Shown: positions 30,131 through 41,985, counted from the first letter of the stretch. The stretch: DNA of 64,000 nt from Macrostomum lignano (GCA_002269645.1 NIVC01001805.1:124001-188000), one strand, 5' to 3'. Program-made: numbers and translations. The notes: generated by a model not told the origin, from the sequence alone.

Positions 30131-31197
30131 CAGGACCAGCTGGTCCCTGTAATTTTAACCACCTTTTTTTCCTGCTCGGGTTTAATCAACTTTCCGGTTC
30201 TGTATTCTGTTATTTCCTATTCTGTCTGTTTACGCCGTTCTTCAAACTACAATAAGATTAAGGAAGTGATTAAGAAGAAAAGAGTGGAAAGGGAAGGAGA
30301 GGGGAAAGGGAGAGGAGAGGGGAAAGGGAGAGGAGAGGGAAAGGGAGGAGAGGGGAAAGGGAGAGGAGAGGGGAAAAGGGAGAGGAGAGGGGAAAAGGGA
30401 GAGGAGAGGGGAAAGGGAGAGGAAGGGGAAAAGGAGAGGAGAGGGGAAGGGAGAGGAGGGTCGGATTGCTATTTTGGAGTTTAAAAAGACTAGTCCGAGG
30501 TTCGGATACTCGTAGAGCGGCTTGGCGGGCATGGGTTTTCCCCTGCCCTGCTAAATTATGATCTCGTCAGTTTGATACTTATAGTTCGTACTATCAAAGC
30601 AATCGCAAAATTAGCAAGGTCATGCGAGCGTATTTAAAACTTTCCAACGTTATAATAACTTGCTACTTGATTAGCTCTGCGTTCGATTCGGTACGCTAAT
30701 CCACATCCCATGCAACCATCCGCGCAGATGTTAAAAATCTTATTTAAAATAAAAATGAATTTCTGCATATCTAGCTGTCTCACCAAAGCTCCTCGTGACA
30801 TCACGTGACTGGCGCTTTCTCTCATTTTTCACTCAAGATTTTTTTGGATTTTTCCCAGTGTGACAATATTTTGACAGCAGTGACCTTTACCCTAAAAAGT
30901 ATATTCGCTCTAAGCTTTAATCCCAATCCTTCTGGAAAATTATCCTATAATTTTACTCTCCTTTTCATACATTTTTCGTGTTGATTTTTTTGGACTTGAA
31001 ACTGAAACTCATAAATCTTTTTGCTGCGAAATTCCTGATTTTTGACTGGTGCCCTGGTCACTTGTGACTGTGTCCCGGTCTTGTGGCTTTCCGGATTAGT
31101 GGCAACGGTGTGCTCTAGCCAATCAAATTAGTTTGGTGTGCGTTTCTAGCTAACCGGCTCAGCCAATCAGAATCGACGTGTACTAACAGGACCAGCT

Positions 31198-31436
31198 AGC
31201 TCAACCCCCCAAGGCGCAGTGAAGTGCAATTAACATTGGAGCCACTTAATATTAACAGTAGGGTTAGGGCCGCTGTACACTCCTGTGTGAGTGTGTGCCT
31301 GCGTACGTATCCGCGCGCTTGTGTGCCTGCTCAGGGGAGTTGGTGGAATGACAGTAATGCCTCTCGCCGGTTGTGTGCCTATGTCGCTTTAAAGTGCGCC
31401 AGGGTGCACACAACCCCCTGCCTCTAATAAAAAAAA
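31198..31436 (+). mobile_element. Second copy of the SINE lacking the tRNA head
   Basis: Same body, poly(A) tail and AACAGGACCAGCT flanks as 29766-30130, but about 140 bp of the 5' head is missing. Confidence 0.8.
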
Positions 31437-31631
31437 CAGGACCAGCTGGTCCCTGTAATTTTAACCACCTATTTTTCCTGCTCGGGTTTAATCAACTTTC
31501 CGGTTCGAGTACGTGACCCTGAGGGATGATCTGGGTAAACAGTTACATTCTGATTCTTCTCCAACTGCACGCTGCATGATTCCACACCCCTGTCCAGTGA
31601 TATCAAGTTGGAAGACATTATTTCATGCATT

Positions 31632-32267
31632 TATACTCAGCAACAGTCAAAAGTTCCACCCCACTAAGCGAGATGATTTTTTCACTTATTTCGAGTGACG
31701 CCCTACGGCACGCGCAAAGCTTATTGCCGCTTGGGGTGGCTTGGGTCTGCTTAATGGTCCAGGCCTGGAGTTTATGCAGACCCAAGCCCAGGAACAACGC
31801 CCCGCCACACCAAGCCGATGCTGTTAGTCAACTGAAGGAACAGCTACAGCTGCGCACTCTGCGCTGGCCTTCCCGGTCCCCAGACATGAATCCCATCGAG
31901 CATGTCTGGGACTTCCTAAAACGTAGCATTCGAAAAGAGAATCCACCATAGAATGTTGCGGAGAGCTCTGCCATTGAAAAGAGAGCCATTGAAATTAACG
32001 CTTCGGAGCGGCTTCCCCAGGAATTTCTGCGCCGCCTCATCATTGGGATGCCCCGCAGAGTCGTCGCACTTCTGCGTGCGAGGGATCCCACACGCATCGC
32101 GATTCTAACTGAAACTTGCATAAAAATTTATGATTTTACTACGAGTATTGATAGTCAATCAACTTTCCCTTCCTCTCGGCGGCTTAGTTGCGTAACTTGA
32201 GGGTTGAATTGTGAGTGTGAAGTTTTCGCAATTTGGAGGGTGGAACTTTTGACTGTTGCTGAGTATA
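31632..32267 (+). mobile_element. Internally deleted Tc1-like element
   Basis: Perfect 30-bp inverted repeats TATACTCAGCAACAGTCAAAAGTTCCACCC, including the TA ends. Interior encodes NNAPPH...WPSRSPDMNPIEHVWDFLKR...PQEFLRRLIIGMPRR, the Tc1 C-terminus. Confidence 0.9.
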
Positions 32268-32967
32268 CGTCCAGAAGCTTGCGTGTACATGTATACAATG
32301 GGAATTGATGTAATGTACATTCCCCGACACAATAGTCTCGCTCCTGAAAAAGTCCTCTCGAGCTCTTGTCCCTGCATCCCGGCTGGTCAACATGCGTCGA
32401 TCAGGTCCCAGCAGCATCCTATCTATCTGCTAAGACTTCAAGATTGACAGATTAAAGGCGCTGGTTGTTTGGCTGCCAGAAACCAGATTTTGAGAGTGCC
32501 GGTTTGGTGAGCCAGTCGCATGCGCTGATGGCGGCGGATTAGTCTAATCTCCGGTTAGCTGATTTCTACCTTTCAATTTTTCGCTGCTTGTCTCTCGCTG
32601 TCTTCTTTTAGCTGCTGAGTCTGAGGCCTGACGACAAGCTTACGGCCCTCCGATCAACATCAAAGGCTCAAGTTGACCCCAAGATGACCCGAAGTTCTGC
32701 ATCTACTATATTATGCTAGAGTACTAAGATGTTGCGCTATACGAATAAGACACAAAAATTCAATAGTTCATTCGCAGCAGTTCATTCACAAGTATTTCTT
32801 CACTCGTGCAGAGATAAAATTAGTGTTCACAAAAAACATACAATAAAAATATCAAAACAGCTGTCACGTGATAATTAGGGGTCTGGGCGGGCAGGCCGGC
32901 GTGGTCACATGACATGGAGGAGTAGACTTTCGGGTATGCTGGTGAGAGGCTTATTTCGTACCCTTAA

Positions 32968-33073
32968 CCCTATCTCGATACCGATTGGTTCGCGCGAAGT
33001 CTTGCCTGAACATTTCTACCCCGTATTGGGTGGCGTTGCAAGCTGAACTTGAACCGGTTTATGGCTATAAATA
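32968..33073 (+). promoter_or_regulatory. Promoter of Gly/Tyr protein 2: CCCTATCT-N7-GATTGG module and TATA box
   Basis: CCCTATCT 32968-32975, GATTGG 32983-32988, CTATAAATA 33065-33073. Confidence 0.65.
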
Positions 33074-33181
33074 GACCGGCGCCCCAGCCAGCATGAAGCC
33101 AGTCCTGCATGCTAACAAATTATACGTTAATTAGAAAGCATTTTTTGACTTCCCCTGCAAACCAAATTAACCAGCGCCAGT

Positions 33182-33674
33182 ATGAAGTGCCTGCTTGTCC
33201 TCGCCGCCCTGATTGCCGTGGCCTACGGTGACGGCTATGACAGAGTCGATATCTACGACACCTACTATGACGGCTACGGGGCCGGGCACTACGACGAACA
33301 AGACGGTTATGGCAGCTACGGATCGGGCCAAGGTTCAGGCTACGGGGCCGGGCACTACGACGAACAAGACGGTCATGGCAGCTACGGATCGGGCCAAGGT
33401 TCAGGCTACGGATCGGGCCAGGGTTCAGGCTACGGATCGGCCAAGGTTCAGGCTACGGATCGGGCCAAGGTTCAGGCTACGGATCGGGCCAAGGTTCAGG
33501 CTACGGATCGGGCCAGGTTCAGGCTACGGATCGGGCCAAGGTTCAGGCTACGGTTCCGGCTACGGATCGGGCCAAGGTTCAGGCTACGGATCAGGCTACG
33601 GTTCCGGCTACGGATCGCGCTATGGTTCAGGCTACGACTCTTACGGTCATGGCAAGGCCTACCGCCGCCGTTGA
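33182..33674 (+). CDS. Secreted Gly/Tyr/Ser-rich repetitive structural protein 2 (about 164 aa), paralog of protein 1
   Basis: Signal peptide MKCLLVLAALIAVAYG, then GYGAGHYDEQDG x2, (GSGQGSGY)n and tail YGHGKAYRRR*. Two 1-bp deletions (about 33440, 33515) must be corrected. TATA box upstream. Confidence 0.85.
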
Positions 33675-34627
33675 GCATTGCAGAAGCAACGAGACACTAA
33701 AAAAGCGCCCAAAACACTGTGTACGGTTGTAGCATTTCTCAATGCACTGTAGATTGCGTAATATGTACTCGTATTTGCGAATGATTCGAGCATAATTTAT
33801 TATTTAGTTCTGTTTTCGAAATAAAACGTTCTTCTAATTTTACTTCGCCAATCAAAGCTTCCATTGTTGTCGTTTTCCCATTTCCTTGTTCACCAATCGC
33901 GCAAGCAGCCCTGCGCTGCAGATCTGGCAAAAAACCGCGAAGTTTTCTTGAAAGCAACAACAGGTAAGCAACATTTTACATACGGAAATCTAAGAAATTT
34001 CAATCAAAAAACAGATTTATTTCCATGAGGAGGTGAAACTGAAGTCTGCAGTACTGGTGCTTCTCTTAAAAGGATAAATTTAATACGCAATTACATGCAC
34101 ACAAATAACGCTAAACACCCATGTACTATTCTTTAATTATTTATGCATTGTTTCAGTTAATCACAGGAAACTAAAAAAATCTGGAAATGTACCAATTGAT
34201 TAATTAAGGCATACAGAGTAAAACAATAACTGACTTGAATTTCAACTCGCTTGGGGAAAATAGAATAACAAAAATGAAAACAAAGATAGCAGCTAATTTG
34301 TAGCAGCAGAGGCCGTCTATGTTAGATACGATATTTCAATTTGATAGGCAAAACAAAAGACTGGAAAATCAATCTGGAACAGCCATTAGTAGGCCGGCAC
34401 AGAAACAGCCCCGCCCGGATAAGAATTCAGAGCGGGCACGCGCAACTTGCCGCTTCTGATTGGCAGTCTGATGCTGGCGGATCAACATGGCAAATTGAAA
34501 ACAGAAGGTGCGGCATCTGTGACTGGGAGAGATAGTACAAATCAAATCTCTGGTTAAACACGAGCAGTATTTTTATTATGGGACTCTCTGTTGTCACCAG
34601 ACACAGCACAACACCTGCATTGACCAG

Positions 34628-34669
34628 TTAGTTCCAGATGTCCGTTGGGAAGCCGCCGCCGCTTGACGA

Positions 34670-34709
<40 letters not shown>

Positions 34710-37657
34710 GGCTGCTGCTGCTTGCCAGCGATTCCCAGGCCCGCCATCTGGCTCTGAATCTGCGGGGGACAGCGGCTGGTTGCTCAGACATCTTTCATCA
34801 TTGGCATCGGCTTCTTCTGCCCCCCCTCTCATCTGCATCCATGGCCTCAGCTTCCCGCTGCTCCTTCATCCCTGGTCTCAGCTTCCCGCTGCTCCTTCAT
34901 CCCTGGTCTCAGCTTCCCGCTGCTCCTTTATCCCTGGTCTCAGCTTCCCACTGGTCCTTCATCCCTGGTCTCAGCTTCCCACTGGTCCTTCATCCCTGGT
35001 CTCAGCTTCCCACTGCTCCTTCATCCCTGGTCTCAGCTTCCCACTGCTCCTTCATCCATGGCCTCAGCTTCCCACTGCTCCTTCATCCCTGGCCTCAGTA
35101 TCCCGCTGCTCATTCATCCCTGGCCTCAGTATCCCCTGCTCCTTCATCCCTGGCCTCAGTATTCCGCTGCTCCTTCATCCCTGGCCTCAGTATCCCTGCT
35201 CCTTCATCCCTGGCCTCAGTATTCCGCTGCTCCTTCATCCCTGGCCTCAGTATCCCGCTGCTCCTTCATCCCTGGCCTTTATCACATGTACCTGCTGCAG
35301 ATAAGCGGCCTGACTTGTTGGGGTTGGCCCATAGAACAGCTGCTGCTGTTGCTGCTGGAACGGCTGCTGTTGCTGCTGGAACGGCTGCTGTTGCTGCTGG
35401 AATGGCTGCTGTTGCTGCTGGAACGGCTGCTGTTGCTGCTGGAATGGCTGCTGTTGCTGCTGGAACGGCTGCTGTTGCTGCTGGAATGGCTGCTGTTGCT
35501 GCTGGAACGGCTGCTGTTGCTGCTGGAATGGCTGCTGTTGCTGCTGGAACGGCTGCTGTTGCTGCGGCAGTTGAAAGTTGTCACTAGCCTGATTAAACTG
35601 AGGCTGCTGCTGCTGCTGCCCAGTGGAATACAGCAGGGTGCCAGCAGTTTGGCTGTACAAGCCAGTCTGCATCACCTGCTGCTGGTAGAACTGGTGCTGC
35701 TGTTGCTGTTGGTACATGTGCGCCTGCTGCCCGGTTGCCAGCATCGGGCTACTCGCCGAGTAGTGCATGCCGCTTGGTGCGAACACCTGCTGCATCCCCG
35801 GCGGCTGGGCAGCGTACAGGGCCATTATGGAGTCTTTGGCCGACATTTTTGGCGGTGCTGCGGCGGCAGCTGATGATGAAGCATCCGCCACTGACGAGGT
35901 TGGCCAGCTTCCGCCATCATCAAAGATCAAATCCGGATTGACTCGCGGCTGGGTGGCCGCCGCCTGCTGCTGCTGCAGTGCCCCGTTGCCCACGGCAGCG
36001 GTGAAGTTGCCGAACTCGGAGTCCGGCGAAGTAGCCAGTCCCGACCCGTTCCTTGACGCGGCCGTTGATGAGCCGCCGCCAAGCAGGTCATCGTCGCCAA
36101 TCAGCAGCAAGTCTTGCGCCGGCCGCGCTGCTGGCGGTGGCGTCGGCTGCGGAGCCGCTTCAGCTGCCTTGCTCGCAGCGGTTGCGGGCGCAGTCGCTGA
36201 GCTTGCCGGAGCCGAGGCCGAGGCAGCGGCAGGCGGTCGCGGAATCGCCCCGATGGAGGCAGCGGGCCGCTGCTGCTGCGCGACTGTGGCGGCGGATGAC
36301 TTGACGAGGCTGTACACCGAGGACGGGTCCGGCCGGGGCGGCTTAAAGTTGGCGATGAGGTAGCGCCGGTCCTCGTACTTGGCCCTGATGAACTGCTCCA
36401 TGCCTGGACGGGTCAGGGGTGGGGGAGGGGGAAATGACTTTTAAAATGAAAAATACTTCGATTTATTATGCCGGTCAACTTAATTTATTGTGCACAAATG
36501 TTAGGAGTTTTTGCACTTGCAACAATCGCCTCCGGCTTTCCGCAAGCAAAACCTTTAAACTGTATCTTCATCATGTTTGACCGACTCCAGACTCGAGATT
36601 ATTTAGAAAGAAATTCATTTCGGACTTAAAATTGCAATAAAACTTTTAAAACCCCAAATCCAGTGCGTCTGCATAGCGAGCAGGAGAAAAGGGGTGGCGT
36701 CTCAGCACCCCAACCAGGTCGATAAACTGGCAAGCTTGTGTCTGACTTTGACCTCTCCTTACTGCTCTCTCATTGGCTGAGCTAGATTGGACCTGTCTCC
36801 TAGGTTTCGTCTGTCTAATATTTACCTCTCTACTTACTGCGCTCTCATTGGCTGAGCTAGATTGGACTTGCCTCCTAGGTTTCGTCCGTCTAATTTTGAC
36901 CTCTCTCCTTACTGCTCTCTCATTGGCTGAGATAGATTGGGCCTGCCCCTAGGCTGAGTTTCGTCCGTCTTGCGTTCACTTGTGTACATCGAGTTAAATG
37001 CTTGGTGTTCATTCTTAACCCCCCCCCCACATGCTCCTCAGGCCGCAAACCCCGAGGAAGGAAAGAAAATTTTAGCTGCCACAATAAATTCAAATGACCA
37101 TGCGCAGACAAACTACTGAAAGATGAGTAGACGCTCTACTTTTTCACAGCTTTTTTTCGTGAGAGAGCAGTAAAGACAGATGCCTGATCTGGTATCTGCG
37201 GTTTGCGGCAGCGCCCAAAGCCCCGGTACGAATTATAGGTAAAGTAAATAGCCTCAAAGCCGCCAATAAAAACAAAAAACCCACCAGCGTCGCTGTTCGG
37301 CCTGCGAAAGCTGCTAGGCAGATTGGCCTCGTAGGCGGCCCTGGCCAGCGTGTTGCCCATAGCGGCCACCCCGGCCACCTGGTCCAGAGTCCACGAGTCC
37401 AAATTAACGGACTTCACCTTGGAGATGTGCACGCCCAACTTTCGGTGGATGCCGGCGCACCGGATGCAGATGAACACGCCGATGTTCCAGCTGGCCCAGC
37501 GCGGACTCTTGGCCTCGCAGTCGGCGCAGTACTTGTTGTCCTCCTCTTTGAGCAGCGAGGCTAAGGCCTCCTGCAGCAGCTCTCTATCCTTGTCCGCCTT
37601 GCCGCCTGAGGCAGCCGACCTGCCGTTCCGCTTCTGCTGCTGGTGCAGGTAGCTCAT
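34628..37657 (-). CDS. SMAP1: Stromal membrane-associated protein (SMAP1/2-type ArfGAP), 538 aa
   Basis: Exons 37285-37657, 35292-36403 and 34628-34759 join in frame (phases 1 and 0). Canonical CADC-X16-CIRCAGIHR ArfGAP domain, [17 protein letters not shown] clathrin-box-like motifs, [11 protein letters not shown]-rich C-terminus ending PTDIWN*. SMAP1 and SMAP2 cannot be distinguished. Confidence 0.92.
34838..35278. repeat. About 30-bp minisatellite (CTTCCCGCTGCTCCTTCATCCCTGGTCTCAG) in SMAP intron 2
   Basis: About 15 units. Confidence 0.95.
35340..35565 (-). repeat. Coding 21-bp repeat (QQQQQPF)x10 in SMAP exon 2
   Basis: In frame in ORF 35247-36401. Confidence 0.95.
36750..36975. repeat. 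About 75-bp imperfect repeat x3 with CCAAT boxes in SMAP intron 1
   Basis: CTCTCTCATTGGCTGAG.TAGATTGG occurs three times. Confidence 0.8.
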
Positions 37658-39689
37658 GGCTGGCTGTGGGTACTGGGATGGGGGAGCAACAGTCAATAAT
37701 TATGATTGCACAATGTAGCTCATGGCTGGCTGTGGGTACTGGGATGGGGGAGCAACAGTCAATAATTATGATTGCACAATGTAGCTCATGGCTGGCTGTG
37801 GGTACTGGGATGGGGGAGCAACAGTCAATAATTATGATTGCACAATGTAGCTCATGGCTGGCTGTGGGTACTGGGATGGGGGAGCAACAGTCAATAATTA
37901 TGATTGCACAATGTAGCTCATGGCTGGCTGTGGGTACTGGGATGGGGGAGCAACAGTCAATAATTATGATTGCACAATGTAGCTCATGGCTGGCTGTGGG
38001 TACTGGGATGGGGGAGCAACAGTCAATAATTATGATTGCACAATGTAGCTCATGGCTGGCTGTGGGTACTGGGATGGGGGAGCAACAGTCAATAATTATG
38101 ATTGCACAATGTAGCTCATGGCTGGCTGTGGGTACTGGGATAGGGGAGCAACAGTCAATAATTATGATTGCACAATGTAGCTCATGGCTGGCTGTGGGTA
38201 CTGGGATGGGGGAGCAACAGTCAATAATTATGATTGCACAATGTAGCTCATGGCTGGCTGTGGGTACTGGGATAGGGGAGCAACAGTCAATAATTATGAT
38301 TGCACAATGTAGCTCATGGCTGGCTGTGGGTACTGGGATGGGGGAGCAACAGTCAATAATTATGATTGCACAATGTAGCTCATGGCTGGCTGTGGGTACT
38401 GGGATGGGGGAGCAACAGTCAATAATTATGATTGCACAATGTAGCTCATGGCTGGCTGTGGGTACTGGGATGGGGGAGCAACAGTCAATAATTATGATTG
38501 CACAATGTAGCTCATGGCTGGCTATGGGTACTGGGATGGGGAGCAACAGTCAATAATTATGATTGCACAATGTAGCTCATGGCTGGCTGTGGGTACTGGG
38601 ATAGGGGAGCAACAGTCAATAATTATGATTGCACAATGTAGCTCATGGCTGGCTGTGGGTACTGGGATGGGGGAGCAACAGTCAATAATTATGATTGCAC
38701 AATGTAGCTCATGGCTGGCTGTGGGTACTGGGATGGGGGAGCAACAGTCAATAATTATGATTGCACAATGTAGCTCATGGCTGGCTGTGGGTACTGGGAT
38801 GGGGGAGCAACAGTCAATAATTATGATTGCACAATGTAGCTCATGGCTGGCTATGGGTACTGGGATGGGGGAGCAACAGTCAATAATTATGATTGCACAA
38901 TGTAGCTCATGGCTGGCTGTGGGTACTGGGATGGGGGAGCAACAGTCAATAATTATGATTGCACAATGTAGCTCATAGCTGGCTGTGGGTACTGGGATGG
39001 GGGAGCAACAGTCAATAATTATGATTGCACAATGTAGCTCATGGCTGGCTGTGGGTACTGGGATGGGGGAGCAACAGTCAATAATTATGATTGCACAATG
39101 TAGCTCATGGCTGGCTGTGGGTACTGGGATGGGGGAGCAACAGTCAATAATTATGATTGCACAATGTAGCTCATGGCTGGCTGTGGGTACTGGGATGGGG
39201 GAGCAACAGTCAATAATTATGATTGCACAATGTAGCTCATGGCTGGCTGTGGGTACTGGGATGGGGGAGCAACAGTCAATAATTATGATTGCACAATGTA
39301 GCTCATGGCTGGCTATGGGTACTGGGATGGGGGAGCAACAGTCAATAATTATGATTGCACAATGTAGCTCATGGCTGGCTGTGGGTACTGGGATGGGGGA
39401 GCAACAGTCAATAATTATGATTGCACAATGTAGCTCATGGCTGGCTGTGGGTACTGGGATAGGGGAGCAACAGTCAATAATTATGATTGCACAATGTAGC
39501 TCATGGCTGGCTGTGGGTACTGGGATGGGGGAGCAACAGTCAATAATTATGATTGCACAATGTAGCTCATGGCTGGCTGTGGGTACTGGGATGGGGAGCA
39601 ACAGTCAATAATTATGATTGCACAATGTAGCTCATGGCTGGCTGGGTGGGTAATGGGGGAGCAACAGTCAATAATTATGATTGCACAAT
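37649..39689 (-). repeat. 66-bp tandem array (about 31 units) containing the SMAP acceptor-like site and ATG
   Basis: Sense unit TACATTGTGCAATCATAATTATTGACTGTTGCTCCCCCATCCCAGTACCCACAGCCAGCCATGAGC; the last unit runs into the SMAP CDS. Confidence 0.97.
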
Positions 39690-40388
39690 GAAAAAGCAAA
39701 TGTGCATTTTGCAATTTCCAATTTTTACTTTTCATTTCAAGTTATTAATTTAAGGCAGAGATTGGCTGCACATAAGATACTTGAGCATATGAATGACGGT
39801 CACACTTCAAGTGGAAAATGTTACTTGGATTGAAGCTTTTGACTAAAAAAAGCTTAACTGCTCCTATCTGCAATAGAAATTCTACCAGTCTTACATGCAT
39901 ACACTTGCAAGAAAAGCTGTGAATTTTAAAAAAAAACACTTTAATTTCTTTTAGCATGAATGAACTATTCTCAGATTTTATTCAAATAAACACTTATTAA
40001 ATATAGTTTTGTAAATTTCATGCAAAAAAATATTGCATTTTTTGGACACAATCGCCCAGTAACAAAAAAACTGCCATCACAGAAGTTAGCAAACCCTTAT
40101 GTTTGTAGCAAACACATGCTGATTGCAATCATTTAAAACAATGCATGATGCAGTCACAAATATTGTAGATATGAGTTGCTTGCAAGAAGCCTTTTCTATC
40201 CAATAAGCGTCACCAAGCTCATCAAAAATTTGCTCTACAGCAGCCAGACAGCTATTAGCAAAATGTCTTGTGGACAGATGAGACAAACATTGAGTTGTTT
40301 TAGGCACATTTTGCAGCTCAATATGTTTGATGCAAGCCAAATGAGGCATTTAAGCAAAATAATATAATATTAACTATAAAGCATAGTA

Positions 40389-40998
40389 TAGTGTTCTGCC
40401 ATAGCTATGGCTATGGGATCTTATGGCAAATATGGTAAAATAGGTGCCTATGGCAACTACAGATATGCCTACATTAGATAGCTCGCTTTACAGATAGTTG
40501 TTGTCACATTCCATAGATTTCCATAGCTGTAGTTATTTATTTAAAAAAATATTAGAACCAGGTAGAGTAAAACAAAGATACTTCAGTAAACTCTATTATA
40601 GACCTAGAAACTTATAGATTATACTTAATAAAGTACAATAAAACACTAGCAAACTCTAACTTTTATCAACGTGAATAAGTTCAGCATTAGTAATTTCAGT
40701 AGTGGTTAAGTATTGTTACCCTTTAAAAAGGAAGAAATTTAATCTAACAAAGACAATCAGGTGTTTGTTTTATTTTCTATTTTTATTTGCAGTTGTTTAA
40801 GCACCAGGTTATCTTCTTGATTCAAAATATTTTGTTTCCTAAACTTTTTGTTAAAACTTTGGCTACAGCTATGGGAACTATGGGAATATCGGTAATATTG
40901 AGGTCCCTACAGCTACAGAATAGAGAGAATTGGAATAAGCCATAGCTTTGCTTATGGCTACGGCTACAACATTTGGACCCCCTTATGACAGAACACTA
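40389..40998. mobile_element. hAT-like MITE, 610 bp
   Basis: 15-bp TIR TAGTGTTCTG(C/T)CATA; 8-bp TSD GCATAGTA / GCATAGAA; internal GCTATGG-like repeats. Confidence 0.7.
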
Positions 40999-41710
40999 GC
41001 ATAGAAATAGCACATCATGCTTGCTTTGGGATGGCTGCATTGCAAGTAGAATTGGAAATATTGTCCAAAATCATAGACATATAAACTTAGTAATGTATCA
41101 GGAAATACTAGCTATTAATGCTAATGTGACAATGTCATTATGCTATAATTTTTAGTTTCTTCTGTTTTTTATTGTGCTTAAATAGATTTCTTGTAATTAA
41201 TATGGGGCTAAGGGGAAGCCTTTTATTTGTTCTAGGAAAAATTCTGTCTATTATTTTGGTTACCACTTTTTTTGCAGTAGGTTTGGAGATTTTAGTGGGT
41301 CAGTTTTGGCATGGTTTTGAGTGTGGGAGTTTTGTGCTTTTTGGTATAGCCTTTTCCTCTCTCTCCTTGCACTCATTGTGCCTCGTTGCCATGTCCCAAT
41401 GATACCAAACAAAACTATTTCCCCTATAGGCTATAGAGCCAACCCAAACCAAATTAAACATTAGATTATATTTAGCATACTGGACTTAGTAACTCAACTG
41501 CTGCCAAGACTATGCCCTAGTAACTTTAATATATAAGTTATATTATTATTTGTCAAGTACTACAATGAAATTAATAACCAAGAATAATTAATACTAAATT
41601 TAATAGTTAAATTAAGTTACAATTTATTTTCTTTTATTTGTTGAACTGCACTGAGTGCTCTGCTACACTAGCTTAGTATGAGAAAGCTAAAGCTTGATTA
41701 TGATTGGTTG

Positions 41711-41985
41711 ATGCAGCAAGATAATGACCCAAAGCATTCCACCCAGGAATGATTTAATAATAAAAAGCTAAATCTAATAGGTCAAGTCAAAGCTCAGATC
41801 TAAGCATTATTAAAAGTCTCTCATTTGATCTAAAGAAAGCTGTTCACACTTGCAGACCTAGAAATCTAGATGAGTTAAAGAGGTTCTACATTGAAAAATG
41901 GGAAAAGATTGCTACAAAGCAGTAGAGTTGAGTGATTGTCAGTTATAGAAATCAATTGCAGGCCAATATTATTACTAAACAGAGG
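41711..41985 (+). mobile_element. Decayed Tc1 transposase fragment
   Basis: MQQDNDPKH..., SSDLSIIKSL..DLKKAV...PRNLDELK...KWEKI...SYRNQL, with stops and frameshifts. Confidence 0.75.

Larger units (their letters stand above)
28190..31506. repeat. Tandem segmental duplication between the Gly/Tyr genes, with (GGGAGAGGAGAGGGGAAA)n tracts
   Basis: Copy 1 about 28190-30200, copy 2 about 30210-31506. A 237-bp block starting GAGGGTCGGATTGC occurs three times (about 28440, 29026, 30457), each preceded by the purine tract. Both copies end AACTTTCCGGTTC. Confidence 0.9.

Noticed and set aside
27740-33520. Frameshifts in the two Gly/Tyr genes as evidence of pseudogenes or programmed frameshifting
   Set aside because: All are single-base indels inside perfect repeats, with intact signal peptides, tails and promoters; unpolished sequencing error is more parsimonious.
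37584-39611. 320-359-aa ORFs with CAIIIIDCC or [12 protein letters not shown] repeats
   Set aside because: Translations of the 66-bp array in non-coding frames; the informative frame is the MSYIVQS* uORF.
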